A stretch of 64,000 nt of DNA from Candidatus Beckwithbacteria bacterium GW2011_GWC1_49_16 (GTDB lineage Bacteria > Patescibacteriota > Microgenomatia > UBA1400 > CG1-02-47-37): the NCBI GenBank assembly GCA_001029675.1, contig CP011210.1, positions 841,280 to 905,279 of the forward strand. The letters are read 5' to 3'. Under the pieces are notes generated by a model, which had not been told where the DNA came from, did no database searches, and saw nothing but the letters and a program-made list of their open reading frames with translations. Shown here piece by piece: positions 1 through 9,776 of the stretch (position 1 is the first letter of the stretch; each line of letters starts with the position of its first letter). The position numbers and the translations under genes were made by a program.

Positions 1-20
1 TCACACCCCGGGGGTGTGAT
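1..20. repeat. REP-like palindrome copy 1 (TCACACCCCGGGGGTGTGA)
   Basis: 9-bp arms around a 1-nt centre; identical core at 515-533. Confidence 0.85.
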
Positions 21-502
21 AATTCCTCCAGTGAATCCGGCAAATGGTCAATACCCTGGAATTCTTTGACCACTATTGATTTGATCTTGGATTTTATCTC
101 CGGTCGAAGGTTTGGGTAAGTCATTTCTTTCTCGCCGCCGATTGACTCGCAATCGTCTTCGATTAGAATGTCCGGCATGATCCGCTCGGCGACAGCCTTA
201 TATTCTTCACCCTTATTTCGAAAAACCAAGTTGTGGGCGTCGGGGAATTGATAGGTGTTTAAGACTTTTTTAATCTGGTCGATTTCCGCTTTACTCTGGC
301 GTGAGGTTAAGTAGTAAATTTCGGCTTCTTGTTCTTGCCAATTCTTAATTTTCTCAACCGCCCGGCCGGCCGGCAGGTAACTGGCAAAATCATAAACCGA
401 CTTTTCCTTAGCTTGAGACATTTTCACCCGTTCCTCCCGGCTCAAGTTTAACCCTGATTTAAACATCAACGCCGTGCCTTCGGTAAAAATCATGATCTTC
501 AT
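1..502 (-). CDS. HAD-like hypothetical protein (3' end runs off window; not in ORF track)
   Basis: Manual translation from ATG at 502: MKIMIFTEGT...YYLTSR...ILIEDD...EELSHPRGV. LTSR and IEDD resemble HAD motifs II and IV. No stop before position 1. Confidence 0.6.
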   Translation of the reverse strand, partial: MKIMIFTEGTALMFKSGLNLSREERVKMSQAKEKSVYDFASYLPAGRAVEKIKNWQEQEAEIYYLTSRQSKAEIDQIKKVLNTYQFPDAHNLVFRNKGEEYKAVAERIMPDILIEDDCESIGGEKEMTYPNLRPEIKSKIKSIVVKEFQGIDHLPDSLEELSHPRGV

Positions 503-513
503 AGTCTTAGTCT

Positions 514-534
514 ATCACACCCCGGGGGTGTGAT
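514..534. repeat. REP-like palindrome copy 2
   Basis: ATCACACCCCGGGGGTGTGAT immediately past the stop of the ABC permease. Confidence 0.85.
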
Positions 535-537
535 GAT

Positions 538-1317
538 TTAGCTTGAGGCAGACGAGTACTGGGTCAAAGCGTAGTGCCAAAACTTTAAGCTAAGCCACCA
601 GATAAAAACCGAGGCGGCTAAAACCCCCGCGATGGTTACCGGAGTCAAAAAGCCCAAAAGAGCTTTGGCGGGGAAAGTAAACACCAGGGCAATGGGAACA
701 ACAAAGGTTAAAAAAGCCCGGACTGACTCGACGTAGATGTCTATCGGCACCCGGCCCATGGAGGCAAGGTCTCTGAAAATCCAGATGGTGTGGTCGACCT
801 CGGTGGTAATCACCCCCACGGCGGCGACGGCAATGTGGATGGCGGTGACGATGATCACTGCCGCCAGCGACAAAAATGCAAAGCTTACCAGGTCAGGGGC
901 AGACACGCTGTTAAGCCGCCAACCCAAGGCGACGATCACCACCAGCAACAAGGGCAAATCTAAAAAGTCGGTGTGGGCGGTTAAGATTTGAAACAGCGGA
1001 TTTAGGGGTTTGGCTAATGTAAAGTCAAAAGAACCGGAAACTATTTCTTCCCTAAACCAGTAAATACCGCGGTAGAAAAACTGGCCGAAAAGATCAAAGA
1101 GGTTGTAAACCAAAAAGAAGATAATCACCTGATCCAAAGAATAACCGGCGATAGTGCCTAAGCGGTCTTTGAGGACAAAGAGGAAGGCTAAAAAGAAAAA
1201 GAAGCGGACAAACTTGCCGGCCAAAAAAAGAAACGACGACAATCTGGTAGCCAGAAGCGACTGGAGGGTGAGGGCGGAAGTTTTCAACCAGTATTTAGAA
1301 TAAGTTTTGAACCTCAT
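538..1317 (-). CDS. ABC-2 family (DUF990-like) permease
   Basis: Multi-TM protein with IVSGSFDFTLAKP motif and C-terminal YSSASS. Confidence 0.85.
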   Translation of the reverse strand: MRFKTYSKYWLKTSALTLQSLLATRLSSFLFLAGKFVRFFFFLAFLFVLKDRLGTIAGYSLDQVIIFFLVYNLFDLFGQFFYRGIYWFREEIVSGSFDFTLAKPLNPLFQILTAHTDFLDLPLLLVVIVALGWRLNSVSAPDLVSFAFLSLAAVIIVTAIHIAVAAVGVITTEVDHTIWIFRDLASMGRVPIDIYVESVRAFLTFVVPIALVFTFPAKALLGFLTPVTIAGVLAASVFIWWLSLKFWHYALTQYSSASS

Positions 1318-1320
1318 AGC

Positions 1321-2121
1321 TTAGCGGCCGTAGGCGCCGTAAATTTTTAAACCTTTGCGCCAAACGGCGCGACTCACCCGGTACAAAAGCACCAGCCAGA
1401 CGAGGTTGGCGGCAACCAAGCCGACAGCGCCGGCAAGGTCCACCCGGCCAAGATAAATCTGCATCGGCTGAAACAAGAAAAAGGCGGGCGGCAAAAGCCG
1501 GAAGAAGTTGTAGACGACGGGGGGGAAAATATCCAAAGGAAACAGTCCCCCGGCCAAAAACTCCAGGATCATAAAAATGAAAAAGCGCAAGGGCCAACTG
1601 TTGTGCTCGGGATACCAAAAGGCAAAAGAGCTGACCAGAAAAGAAAAAAGAAAATACAAGAGCATGGCCAAAATGACAGCGACGATAAAAATGGCGGCGG
1701 CGGGCGAGGAAGCCGGTGGCAAAAGGGGCGGGCGGAGAAGAAGGATAACCAGGGTTAACTCGAAGGTCATAAACAGCAGGTTTAAAAGTTTGTCGGAGAG
1801 GTCGCGGGCCAGCCAGTTTTTTAAGTAGCTAACCGGTTTAACCAAGTAGTTGTTAAGGTCACCGCTGGCGATTTCGACGCCGACGGTTTGGCTTCTTGAC
1901 GATAAAACGAAAGAGCGCAGGACAGAAGTGCCGATAACGTAGGTGAGCATGGCGGCCCGGCTGTAGCCAAAGAGTTGGTTGTTGTCAGCGTAAATGGCCA
2001 GCCAGAGAAAATAGACGGCTAAAAACTGGATCACGTGTCTGACCCGCCACATGATGAAGTTAAGGCGATAGACAAAGCCGTTTATCAGGCTGGTTTGAAA
2101 AATCTTGAGGTATTTGCCCAT
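1321..2121 (-). CDS. ABC-2 family (DUF990-like) permease
   Basis: EIASGDLNNYLVKP, GGLFPLDIFP, C-terminal YGAYGR. Confidence 0.85.
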   Translation of the reverse strand: MGKYLKIFQTSLINGFVYRLNFIMWRVRHVIQFLAVYFLWLAIYADNNQLFGYSRAAMLTYVIGTSVLRSFVLSSRSQTVGVEIASGDLNNYLVKPVSYLKNWLARDLSDKLLNLLFMTFELTLVILLLRPPLLPPASSPAAAIFIVAVILAMLLYFLFSFLVSSFAFWYPEHNSWPLRFFIFMILEFLAGGLFPLDIFPPVVYNFFRLLPPAFFLFQPMQIYLGRVDLAGAVGLVAANLVWLVLLYRVSRAVWRKGLKIYGAYGR

Positions 2122-3111
2122 TTAGGCTAGTTCGCGGTCGCCGAAAAGCTGGCGGATGATGTCTTCGATGGCCGGCTCGGTGATGTTTAAATCGGCGACG
2201 GCAAAGTTTTTGAGCAATTTAACGGCCAGACTATTGGCCAAGCTTTTTTTGACTGACAAGACCACCCGGGGCGGGTCAAAATATTTAATTTTGGCCCGGG
2301 TTAATTTTCTGATTTGATCCTTGGTGATGGGGTTGGCGAAAATTATCTCCAGCTGTTTGTGGGTAGCGTATTTTTTGATGATGGTATTAAGCTTGCCGTC
2401 AAAGAAGATTTTGCCGTGGTCGATGACGATGATACGATCGCAGAGCTCCCTGACGTCGCCCATGTAGTGGCTGGTTAAGATGATGGTGGCGTTGAATTTT
2501 TGCTGATAATTTTTGATAAAGTCTCTGATTTTTTTCTGCATGACTACGTCCAGACCGATGGTGGGTTCGTCTAAAAACAAAACTTGGGGAGAATGAAGTA
2601 GCGCCGCCACCAACTCGCACTTCATCCGTTGACCCAAAGACAACTTTCTCACCTGGACTTTGAGGATATCTTTTAAGTCGAGCATTTTGACCAGAGCCTT
2701 CAAAGTTTTATCAAAGTTGGCCGGCGGAATCTCGTAGATTTCGCGGTTTAAGATAAACGAGTCAAGGGCGGGCAGGTCCCACCAGAGCTGGTTTTTTTGA
2801 CCCATGACCAAAGAAAACTGCTTTTGAAACTGACTCTTTCTGTCAAAAGGAGTAAAGCCTAAAACCTGAACCTGACCCGAGGTGGGATAGAGTAAGCCGG
2901 AGAGAACTTTTAAAGTAGTAGTTTTACCGGCGCCGTTGGGGCCGATAAAGCCGACCAGTTCGCCTGGCTCAATATCAAAAGAAATGCCGTCGACGGCACG
3001 GACAGACTGGTAGCGGCGAGAAAAAAGTGATTTGATCGAACCGGTGAGGCCGGGTTCCTTTTGGTAAACCTGGTAGTATTTTTTTAAGTTTTTGACCGAA
3101 ATAACCGACAT
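2122..3111 (-). CDS. ABC transporter ATP-binding protein
   Basis: Walker A GPNGAGKTT, signature LSLGQ, Walker B FLDEPT, H-loop LTSH. Confidence 0.95.
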   Translation of the reverse strand: MSVISVKNLKKYYQVYQKEPGLTGSIKSLFSRRYQSVRAVDGISFDIEPGELVGFIGPNGAGKTTTLKVLSGLLYPTSGQVQVLGFTPFDRKSQFQKQFSLVMGQKNQLWWDLPALDSFILNREIYEIPPANFDKTLKALVKMLDLKDILKVQVRKLSLGQRMKCELVAALLHSPQVLFLDEPTIGLDVVMQKKIRDFIKNYQQKFNATIILTSHYMGDVRELCDRIIVIDHGKIFFDGKLNTIIKKYATHKQLEIIFANPITKDQIRKLTRAKIKYFDPPRVVLSVKKSLANSLAVKLLKNFAVADLNITEPAIEDIIRQLFGDRELA

Positions 3112-3125
3112 AACAAATTATTCTA

Positions 3126-3914
3126 TCACGATGAGGCCGAGGTGTAGTGGCGTAAAGCGAAACGCCAGGCGCGGCCGGACAACCAGAGCAGGAGGGCGGC
3201 GGCAAATAAACCAAAAAAAGCCAGGGGCCAACTGATGGCGCCGGTAATGCTTTTTACGGGAACGGTGGCGATAAACATCAAGGGTAAAAGGTAGGTTAAA
3301 AGCGGTCGTAAAATCGGACCGGTCAAATCCAGGGGGATCCGGGCCAGCTGGTGAAAGGAGCGAAACAAATGGTTAATGTTTTCTACCCTACCCCACCAAA
3401 AAACCGGCAAAAGCGTCATAAACCACAAGGCGTAGCTGATGGTGATGCCGATGACGATAAGAAAGATAAAGACCAGCAAATTAATCATCGACACCGGCCA
3501 AAAGTAGGTTTTGATTAAATAGACAATCAGTGCGAGCATAGCAATGACGCTGACCAGGAAACTCAAAGACAGGTAACGCAAGGAAACGATGAATTGACCG
3601 GAGGCGGGCTTGGTCAAAACCAAGTCGAGCTCGCCGCTGTTGACCAGGGAGACAAAGTTGGCAAAATTAATTTCGAAAAAGGTGTCGAAGATGCGGTCGG
3701 CCAAAAAATAGACAGCGAGTAACAAAAGCACTTGAGGGCGGGCCCAGCCGTTGACAGTGTCGACGTGCTGGTAGATGAGGATAAAAGTGAGGATAAAAAG
3801 TAGCGCCCAGGAAAGGCTGACTAAATTACTGAAAATAAAGTGGGCGCGAAATTCCATTTCGCGCACCAGACAGTTTTTGAAAAATTCCCAGTAGAGCTTG
3901 AGATAGCGCTTCAT
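3126..3914 (-). CDS. ABC-2 family (DUF990-like) permease
   Basis: SGELDLVLTKP, C-terminal YTSASS; paralog of 538-1317. Confidence 0.85.
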   Translation of the reverse strand: MKRYLKLYWEFFKNCLVREMEFRAHFIFSNLVSLSWALLFILTFILIYQHVDTVNGWARPQVLLLLAVYFLADRIFDTFFEINFANFVSLVNSGELDLVLTKPASGQFIVSLRYLSLSFLVSVIAMLALIVYLIKTYFWPVSMINLLVFIFLIVIGITISYALWFMTLLPVFWWGRVENINHLFRSFHQLARIPLDLTGPILRPLLTYLLPLMFIATVPVKSITGAISWPLAFFGLFAAALLLWLSGRAWRFALRHYTSASS

Positions 3915-4715
3915 TTAGCCGCCGTAAGCGGAATAGGCTTTGGTCCCCCGCTTTAAAACCAAATGATAAAGCCAGTAAAACAAAAGGCACCAGAAAAATT
4001 GGACGGCCAAACCCAAAATCACGGCGTTGGCCTGGTTGAGACGATTGAGACTTAATGAGACCGGAAAATAAAGAAAGTACTTGAAAGGCAGGAAGTTGGT
4101 AAAGTGTAAAAGTTTTGCCGGAAACAAGTCCAGGGGAATAAGCTGGCCGGAAAAAAAGCTATTGATAACGTTGAAGCTTAAAAACAACCAGCCGGCTTCG
4201 GTAAACCAGATGGTGGTCAGTCCCAAAATCATCTTGGCAAAAAAATGGAGCCAAAAAGCCATGAAGACGCTGACTAAAATTGCCAAGATTTTGGCGGGGC
4301 TAAAGCTTAAGGAACTTAAATCTAAATGAAAAATCGGCACTAAAAGTAAAATCAGGGGCAAAAAAAACAAAATTCTGACCACGCGCCAAGAACTGCCGGC
4401 GGCTATTTTGTAGACGGATAAACTCACGGGGCGGAGCAAATAGTAAGAGAAGCTGCCGGAACGGATTTCCCGGGATAACTCGTACTGGGGGTGGGTGGCG
4501 ACTAAGTTGTTGACGAACATGATGCCAAAGTAGTAAAGCACCATCGAGGTGAGCGAGTAGCCGGCGATATCGGATTTAGTTTGAAAGGCGGCCAGCCAAA
4601 AAATTAAGGCCACGACCGGTTGGCTAACCTCGAGTAACATCCAGACTGCGCCTTCGGCCCGGTAAACCAAGGCATCGGCCACGGCGACGCGAAAAAAAGC
4701 CCAGAACTGGCGCAT
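3915..4715 (-). CDS. ABC-2 family (DUF990-like) permease
   Basis: EIRSGSFSYYLLRP, GQLIPLDLFP, C-terminal YSAYGG; paralog of 1321-2121. Confidence 0.85.
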   Translation of the reverse strand: MRQFWAFFRVAVADALVYRAEGAVWMLLEVSQPVVALIFWLAAFQTKSDIAGYSLTSMVLYYFGIMFVNNLVATHPQYELSREIRSGSFSYYLLRPVSLSVYKIAAGSSWRVVRILFFLPLILLLVPIFHLDLSSLSFSPAKILAILVSVFMAFWLHFFAKMILGLTTIWFTEAGWLFLSFNVINSFFSGQLIPLDLFPAKLLHFTNFLPFKYFLYFPVSLSLNRLNQANAVILGLAVQFFWCLLFYWLYHLVLKRGTKAYSAYGG

Positions 4716-4744
4716 GACTACTATTATAACAGCCGGATTTGGGG

Positions 4745-5017
4745 TTACTTGACCAGGCGCTTGAAGGTTTTGCCGACGATGAAGCGAACGACTTTGTGGC
4801 TCTTGATGATTAAATCGTCGCCGGTTTGGGGGTTTCTGCCCTTTTTATCTTTGACTTTGCCGATTTTGAAAGTACCAAAGCCGGAAAGAACCACTTTTTC
4901 GCCCTTTTCCACTTGGCGAATGACTTCGTCTAAGAAAGCGTCGATGGATTCACGGGCGGCTTTTTTGGTCAGGTGGGCTTTTTTGGCGATGACTTCGATG
5001 ATGTCGGCTTTAGTCAT
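4745..5017 (-). CDS. hup: DNA-binding protein HU
   Basis: MTKADII...LSGFGTF...GRNPQTG signature. Confidence 0.95.
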   Translation of the reverse strand: MTKADIIEVIAKKAHLTKKAARESIDAFLDEVIRQVEKGEKVVLSGFGTFKIGKVKDKKGRNPQTGDDLIIKSHKVVRFIVGKTFKRLVK

Positions 5018-5088
5018 AAGTAAAGTCTATATTAGCCGCAGCATCAAGCTAAATCAAGTAGCAATTTCTGGCCCTTTAATTATTTGAA

Positions 5089-6450
5089 TTAAGTCACTGC
5101 TTCGGCGCGAGTCTCGCGGATGACGTTGACCTTGATCTGGCCGGGAAAATCTTTGACCTCTTCTTTGATTTTGTCCCTGATGTCGCTTGCCAGTTTGACG
5201 GTAGCGTCGTCGTCGATGTCTTTGGGATTGACCACGACGCGAACTTCGCGACCCGCCTGAATGGCGTAGGCGGTGTCGACCCCGGTGAAGCCTGACGCGA
5301 TATCCTCGATTTGGGTCATGCGGGTAAGGTAGCCCTCGTGATCTTCGTAGCGGGCGCCGGGGCGGGAGCCGGAGATGGCGTCGGCGATATAGACCAAGAC
5401 AGACTCTGTGGAAGAAAAGGGTTTGTCTTCGTGGTGCTCGGCGACACAGTTAATCACGGCTTCGGGAACGCGGAACTGACGCAAAAACTTGACGCCGACT
5501 TCGACGTGGGTGCCTTCGGCGTCGTCGATGACTTTGCCGATGTCATGAAGCAAACAGCCTAAACGAACGATGTTGACGTTGGCGCCGACTTCGTGGGCCA
5601 GCTTAATCCCTACCCTAGTTTCTTCCAGGGTATGGGCGATCATGTTCTGGCCGTAGGAGAAGCGGTATTTGAAGCGGCCGAGCTTGTCGATGATTTCCAC
5701 CGGCAGGTTGAAGACCTTGACGGCGTGGGCGAGTTTTTCTCCTTCGCGGCGCATAATCCGGTCGATGTCCTCTTTGACTCTTTTGACTATCTCTTCTATC
5801 CTGGAGGGCTGGATGCGGCCGTCGGCGAGTAACTTTTCCAAAGCCACCCGGGCGATCTCGCGCCTGACCGGATCAAAGCAGGAGAGACGGATTAGGCCCG
5901 GCTCATCCAGATCGACCTCGACGCCGGTGACTTTTTCGAAAGTCCTGATGTTTCTGCCGTCGCGGCCGATAACCCGGCCCTTCATGTCTTCGTCTTTGAC
6001 TTTGACGATGGAGACGGTGTACTCGGCGACGTAGTCTGTGGCACCGTGGCGCATGGCTTCGACTAAGATCTCTTTGGCCTTTTCGTCGGCTTCGGCTTTG
6101 GCGCGCTCCTCGGCTTCGGAGACAATTTCGGCGATATCGCGGGTGAGGCGTTTTTCGTAGGCTGAAAGCAGCATTTTTTTGGCCTCGTCCGGCTTGAGCC
6201 GAGAGATGGCCTTTAACTTATCCAACTGACTAGCTTTTAAGTCTTTTAACTCAAGTTCTTTTTGTTCCAGGGCCGTTCTTATCTTGAGAGCTTCGTCTTT
6301 GGCTTCGAGAATGATTTCCCTAGCCTGAGCCTGGGCGTGGCTCAAGTCTGTCTTGGGAGCGACCGGGGGTTTTTTGCCAACCGGAGGCTGAACCACCTTT
6401 GGGTAAGGCTTTTGACTCGAAAACTTATGAAGGCGTCTAAAAAATGACAT
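5089..6450 (-). CDS. rny: Ribonuclease Y
   Basis: KH motif KGRVIGRDGRNIR, HD domain LLHDIGK, SRPGAR, AIQAGREVRV. Confidence 0.95.
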   Translation of the reverse strand: MSFFRRLHKFSSQKPYPKVVQPPVGKKPPVAPKTDLSHAQAQAREIILEAKDEALKIRTALEQKELELKDLKASQLDKLKAISRLKPDEAKKMLLSAYEKRLTRDIAEIVSEAEERAKAEADEKAKEILVEAMRHGATDYVAEYTVSIVKVKDEDMKGRVIGRDGRNIRTFEKVTGVEVDLDEPGLIRLSCFDPVRREIARVALEKLLADGRIQPSRIEEIVKRVKEDIDRIMRREGEKLAHAVKVFNLPVEIIDKLGRFKYRFSYGQNMIAHTLEETRVGIKLAHEVGANVNIVRLGCLLHDIGKVIDDAEGTHVEVGVKFLRQFRVPEAVINCVAEHHEDKPFSSTESVLVYIADAISGSRPGARYEDHEGYLTRMTQIEDIASGFTGVDTAYAIQAGREVRVVVNPKDIDDDATVKLASDIRDKIKEEVKDFPGQIKVNVIRETRAEAVT

Positions 6451-6504
6451 ATATCAAAAACTAGCAATCAGCTACTAGCTCCTAGGTTAATTTGTGCGCG
6501 GGAG

Positions 6505-6595
6505 AAAAAAGGCGACCAAGCGCCCCACCGAGTTTTATTCGCTTTGGGGAGAGTAAGAAGTGTCGATTAGTTTAGGTTGATATAGTAACATTTTA
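6505..6595 (-). promoter_or_regulatory. rny promoter (-10 TAAAAT) and structured leader with terminator-like hairpin
   Basis: Minus strand TAAAAT at 6590-6595. GGCG-CTTGGT-CGCC followed by T6 at 6505-6524. Confidence 0.45.
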
Positions 6596-6634
6596 CTCTT
6601 GACTGGTCGTCATTTATCGCACGCTTGGTTTATT

Positions 6635-7096
6635 CTAGCCAAATTTACTAAATTCGTCAATGAGGGAATAAATGGCGGCGGCGGTAAACCCCCGGGTTTT
6701 GAGCCACGAGGAGATTTTTTGGCGTTTTTGAAGACTGGTTAAGCCCCGGAGACGACGGACACGGGAGCTGATAAATTTTTTAGCTAAAGCTTTTTCCTCG
6801 GCAGCGTCGGGTAAAACCTGGTCGATAATCTCCTCGCTGATCCCCTTTTTCTTGAGCTCGACGGTTAGGCCGAAGTTGCCCCGGGGACGGTGGCTTTGAC
6901 GTTGTTTAACCCACCAGCGGGCAAAACTAACATCGTCGAGCAGACCATCGCCTTTAAGCCGGTTGACGACCCCATCGATCAAGCTTTGGTCGGGAGTAAT
7001 TTTTTCCAAACGGGAGCGAATTTCGGCAACGGAGCGGGCGCGATAGGAAAGAAGTTTTAGAGCCTTGGCGGTTAGTTTTTCCCTAATGTCGGTCAC
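6635..7096 (-). CDS. recX: Regulatory protein RecX
   Basis: [29 protein letters not shown]; overlaps recA stop. Confidence 0.9.
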   Translation of the reverse strand: MTDIREKLTAKALKLLSYRARSVAEIRSRLEKITPDQSLIDGVVNRLKGDGLLDDVSFARWWVKQRQSHRPRGNFGLTVELKKKGISEEIIDQVLPDAAEEKALAKKFISSRVRRLRGLTSLQKRQKISSWLKTRGFTAAAIYSLIDEFSKFG

Positions 7097-8130
7097 TTTT
7101 TGGGCCGGCCGCGTTTTTTCTTGGCCGGGGCGGGTTCGGGTTCGCCTTTGACTTTGGCCCAGATGTCCTGTTCGATTTTTTTGGCAAGTTTTCCGTTTTC
7201 CAGAAGATAGAGGCGAGCGGCTTCTTTGCCCTGGCCGATGACGTCCTCGCCGTATTTGTAGAAGCTGCCGGATTTAGTCAGGATGCCGTGTTCGACGCCT
7301 AAATCAATCAGGTCGCCCACTTTGGAGATGCCGCCGAGGTTTAAAATGTCGATTTCAGCCAACCTAAAAGGCGGGGCGACTTTGTTTTTGACCACTTTAA
7401 TCCGGTGGCGGGAACCGATGATGATGTCGCCGTCGGCAATGTTGCCGATTTTTCTACAATCCAACCTTATCGAGGCGTAGAATTTTAAGGCCTTGCCTCC
7501 CGGAGTGGTTTCGGGGTTGCCGAACATGACGCCGATTTTCATTCTCAACTGGTTGGTGAAGATGACGGTGGTTTTGGATTTGGAAATGGCGCTGGTTAGT
7601 TTCCTCATCGCTTGGCTCATCAGTCGAGCCTGAACGCCGATCATGGAATCGCCCATTTCGCCTTCGATCTCGGCTTTGGGGACTAAAGCGGCGACCGAGT
7701 CGATGCAGATGACGTCAAGACCGCCGGAGCGGATTAGGGTCTCGGTAATCTCCAGGGCCTGCTCGCCGGTATCTGGCTGGGAGATGAGTAAGTCGTCGAG
7801 GTTGACGCCGATGGACTGGGCCCGTTGGGGGTCAAGGGCGTGCTCGGCGTCGATGAAAGCGGCGGTGCCGCCTTTTTTTTGCGCCTCGGCGATAACATGA
7901 AGACACAGAGTGGTTTTGCCCGAAGCCTCGGGGCCGAAGATTTCGGTAATTCTGCCGCGGGGCAAACCGCCGATACCCAAAGCGATATCTAAAGCGGGCG
8001 AACCTGTAGGAATAAAGGCGATATCGGTGTGTTGTTGCTCGCCCAGCCTCATGATCGAACCAGCACCATACTGCTTCTCGATCTGCTCCATCGCTACTTT
8101 AATTGCTTGAAGTTTGGGATCTTTAGGCAT
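7093..8130 (-). CDS. recA: Recombinase RecA
   Basis: [43 protein letters not shown]. Confidence 0.99.
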   Translation of the reverse strand: MPKDPKLQAIKVAMEQIEKQYGAGSIMRLGEQQHTDIAFIPTGSPALDIALGIGGLPRGRITEIFGPEASGKTTLCLHVIAEAQKKGGTAAFIDAEHALDPQRAQSIGVNLDDLLISQPDTGEQALEITETLIRSGGLDVICIDSVAALVPKAEIEGEMGDSMIGVQARLMSQAMRKLTSAISKSKTTVIFTNQLRMKIGVMFGNPETTPGGKALKFYASIRLDCRKIGNIADGDIIIGSRHRIKVVKNKVAPPFRLAEIDILNLGGISKVGDLIDLGVEHGILTKSGSFYKYGEDVIGQGKEAARLYLLENGKLAKKIEQDIWAKVKGEPEPAPAKKKRGRPKK

Positions 8131-8710
8131 TTTCTATCAGTTTAACAGAATCTTGGTAAATTTCAATCAGCTGCCTGATAAAATCTTGGTTGCCGACGAT
8201 GGATTTGACTAAGCTAACAAATAGAAAGACTTCAAAAAACACCAGCAGGGCGAGGGTAGCGACTGCCCGCCAGGGACGGGGCCGGCCCACCACCCGGGTA
8301 CCGGTAAACTGGTCGTGCCAGGAGCGGTTTTTGGGGTCGATAATGATCCAGAGGAAACCGGCGCCAAAAACGAGCCAGGAAACAGTATAGCCAACGGCAT
8401 AGCGGAATAAGGCTAAACCAAAAGAGATGTTTTTGCCTTTGGCGTCAACGACTCTAAGGCCGGCGGCGAGCTTGCCTAAAGTGGTCCCAAGGTTGGCGCT
8501 AGTCAGCGACAGATAGAGCCACCAGAGGGGAACAAAGAAAAAGGCGACAAAAAACAGCCACCAAAACAAATTTTTGCCAAAAGCGGGGGCTAAACCTCCG
8601 GCTTGGCTCCAGGCCATCCACAAGCCGATTAACGCCAAAAGACAAAACAAGGACTTGTCGATTAAGAAAGCGAGGGCTCGGACAATAAAGCCGGCAACAG
8701 GTGGTTTCAT
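8123..8710 (-). CDS. RDD family membrane protein
   Basis: R-x-x-A-x-x-ID, [24 protein letters not shown]. Confidence 0.9.
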   Translation of the reverse strand: MKPPVAGFIVRALAFLIDKSLFCLLALIGLWMAWSQAGGLAPAFGKNLFWWLFFVAFFFVPLWWLYLSLTSANLGTTLGKLAAGLRVVDAKGKNISFGLALFRYAVGYTVSWLVFGAGFLWIIIDPKNRSWHDQFTGTRVVGRPRPWRAVATLALLVFFEVFLFVSLVKSIVGNQDFIRQLIEIYQDSVKLIENA

Positions 8711-8712
8711 AG

Positions 8713-9651
8713 TTAGCGCTTTAATTGATTAAATAATAGGGTCCAGTTGGTTTCCAAGAAAACCTGAGTGACGGCTCTGAGCCAAAAGCTTAAGAGGATA
8801 AACGCCGGGCCGAAAACTAAAACGAAGGGAACGATGAAGATTTGGGCGTAGCGGTAGATCGCATAACCTAAGGCGGCGGTCAGACCCAAGACTGTGGCCC
8901 AAGCCAGGCCGATAAGCAAAGTCAGGCCGAGGTTAATAAGGCCCAGCTTCAGAAGCGACCGCCAGTGAGTCCGGGCCAACTTAAAGGCGATTTTGACCGC
9001 CGGAGTGAACCTCAAGGATTTTTGGACAATCAGCCTGCGGGCCAGAATCAGGGTAAAGACGATTAAAATCAGGCCGGCGGTGAAGTAAATTAAAGCGGCT
9101 GCCGCTAGAAACAACCCCACCAGGGCCTTGATGGACTCCGGGGCATTGGCAAAAATGGGGGCGGCCAAGACCAGCACCAAAAGGGCCAGCGACCAGTAAA
9201 CAAACCAGGGAAGAATTTGTAAGATCATTAAGGGGACGGCGGCTTTGAGGCCGAGAGCCGAGGCGGAAGCGATTTGGGGCCGGCCGCGATTAAGTTTTAA
9301 GTTGATGCCGGAAAGTAATGCGCCCAGGGCCCATTGGCTGATAAAAAGATGCAAGAGAAAATAGATCGTGGAGGTGACAAAAACGGTCGTGCCTAAAACA
9401 AACCAGGCAGGGCGGGGGACGCGGGCAAGACTCTCCCCGATCTTAACTAAGGCAGTTTCGGCCAAAGCCAAATAGCGGTCAACCCCGAAGTTGACGGTGT
9501 CGGTCGAAGGCATGGCTTGGGGTAAATCGGCCAAGCTTTGTAAGTTAACGCCGCGGGAGCCGGAAAAAACGGCCGCGATCAGGCCGTAAAGCCAGAGGGG
9601 CTTTTGGGTGGCGGTGAGCTGAAAAGATTGTTTCAAAATTTTTTTATACAT
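8713..9651 (-). CDS. Multi-pass membrane protein
   Basis: About 6 hydrophobic segments; adjacent and co-oriented with RDD-recA. Confidence 0.75.
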   Translation of the reverse strand: MYKKILKQSFQLTATQKPLWLYGLIAAVFSGSRGVNLQSLADLPQAMPSTDTVNFGVDRYLALAETALVKIGESLARVPRPAWFVLGTTVFVTSTIYFLLHLFISQWALGALLSGINLKLNRGRPQIASASALGLKAAVPLMILQILPWFVYWSLALLVLVLAAPIFANAPESIKALVGLFLAAAALIYFTAGLILIVFTLILARRLIVQKSLRFTPAVKIAFKLARTHWRSLLKLGLINLGLTLLIGLAWATVLGLTAALGYAIYRYAQIFIVPFVLVFGPAFILLSFWLRAVTQVFLETNWTLLFNQLKR

Positions 9652-9703
9652 CGGTTCATTTTTCCATATAGTCTGGTAAAATACAAACGTACCTAGCGTA
9701 CAG

Positions 9704-9774
9704 CGGGGATTAGTTTAACGGTAGAATGCGCGGCTGGGGGCCGTGCGGAGACAGTTCGACCCTGTCATCCCCGA
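9704..9774 (+). tRNA. tRNA-Pro(GGG), CCA not encoded
   Basis: Acceptor CGGGGAT/ATCCCCG, anticodon stem CGCGG/CCGTG with loop CTGGGGG (GGG at 9736-9738), T arm GACAG-TTCGACC-CTGTC. Confidence 0.95.
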
Positions 9775-9776
9775 AA

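Noticed and set aside
9667-9678. ATAGTCTGGTA resembling the lexA spacer, upstream of the recA-containing gene run
   Set aside because: Only a half-site, and it overlaps the tRNA promoter; not enough to call an SOS box.
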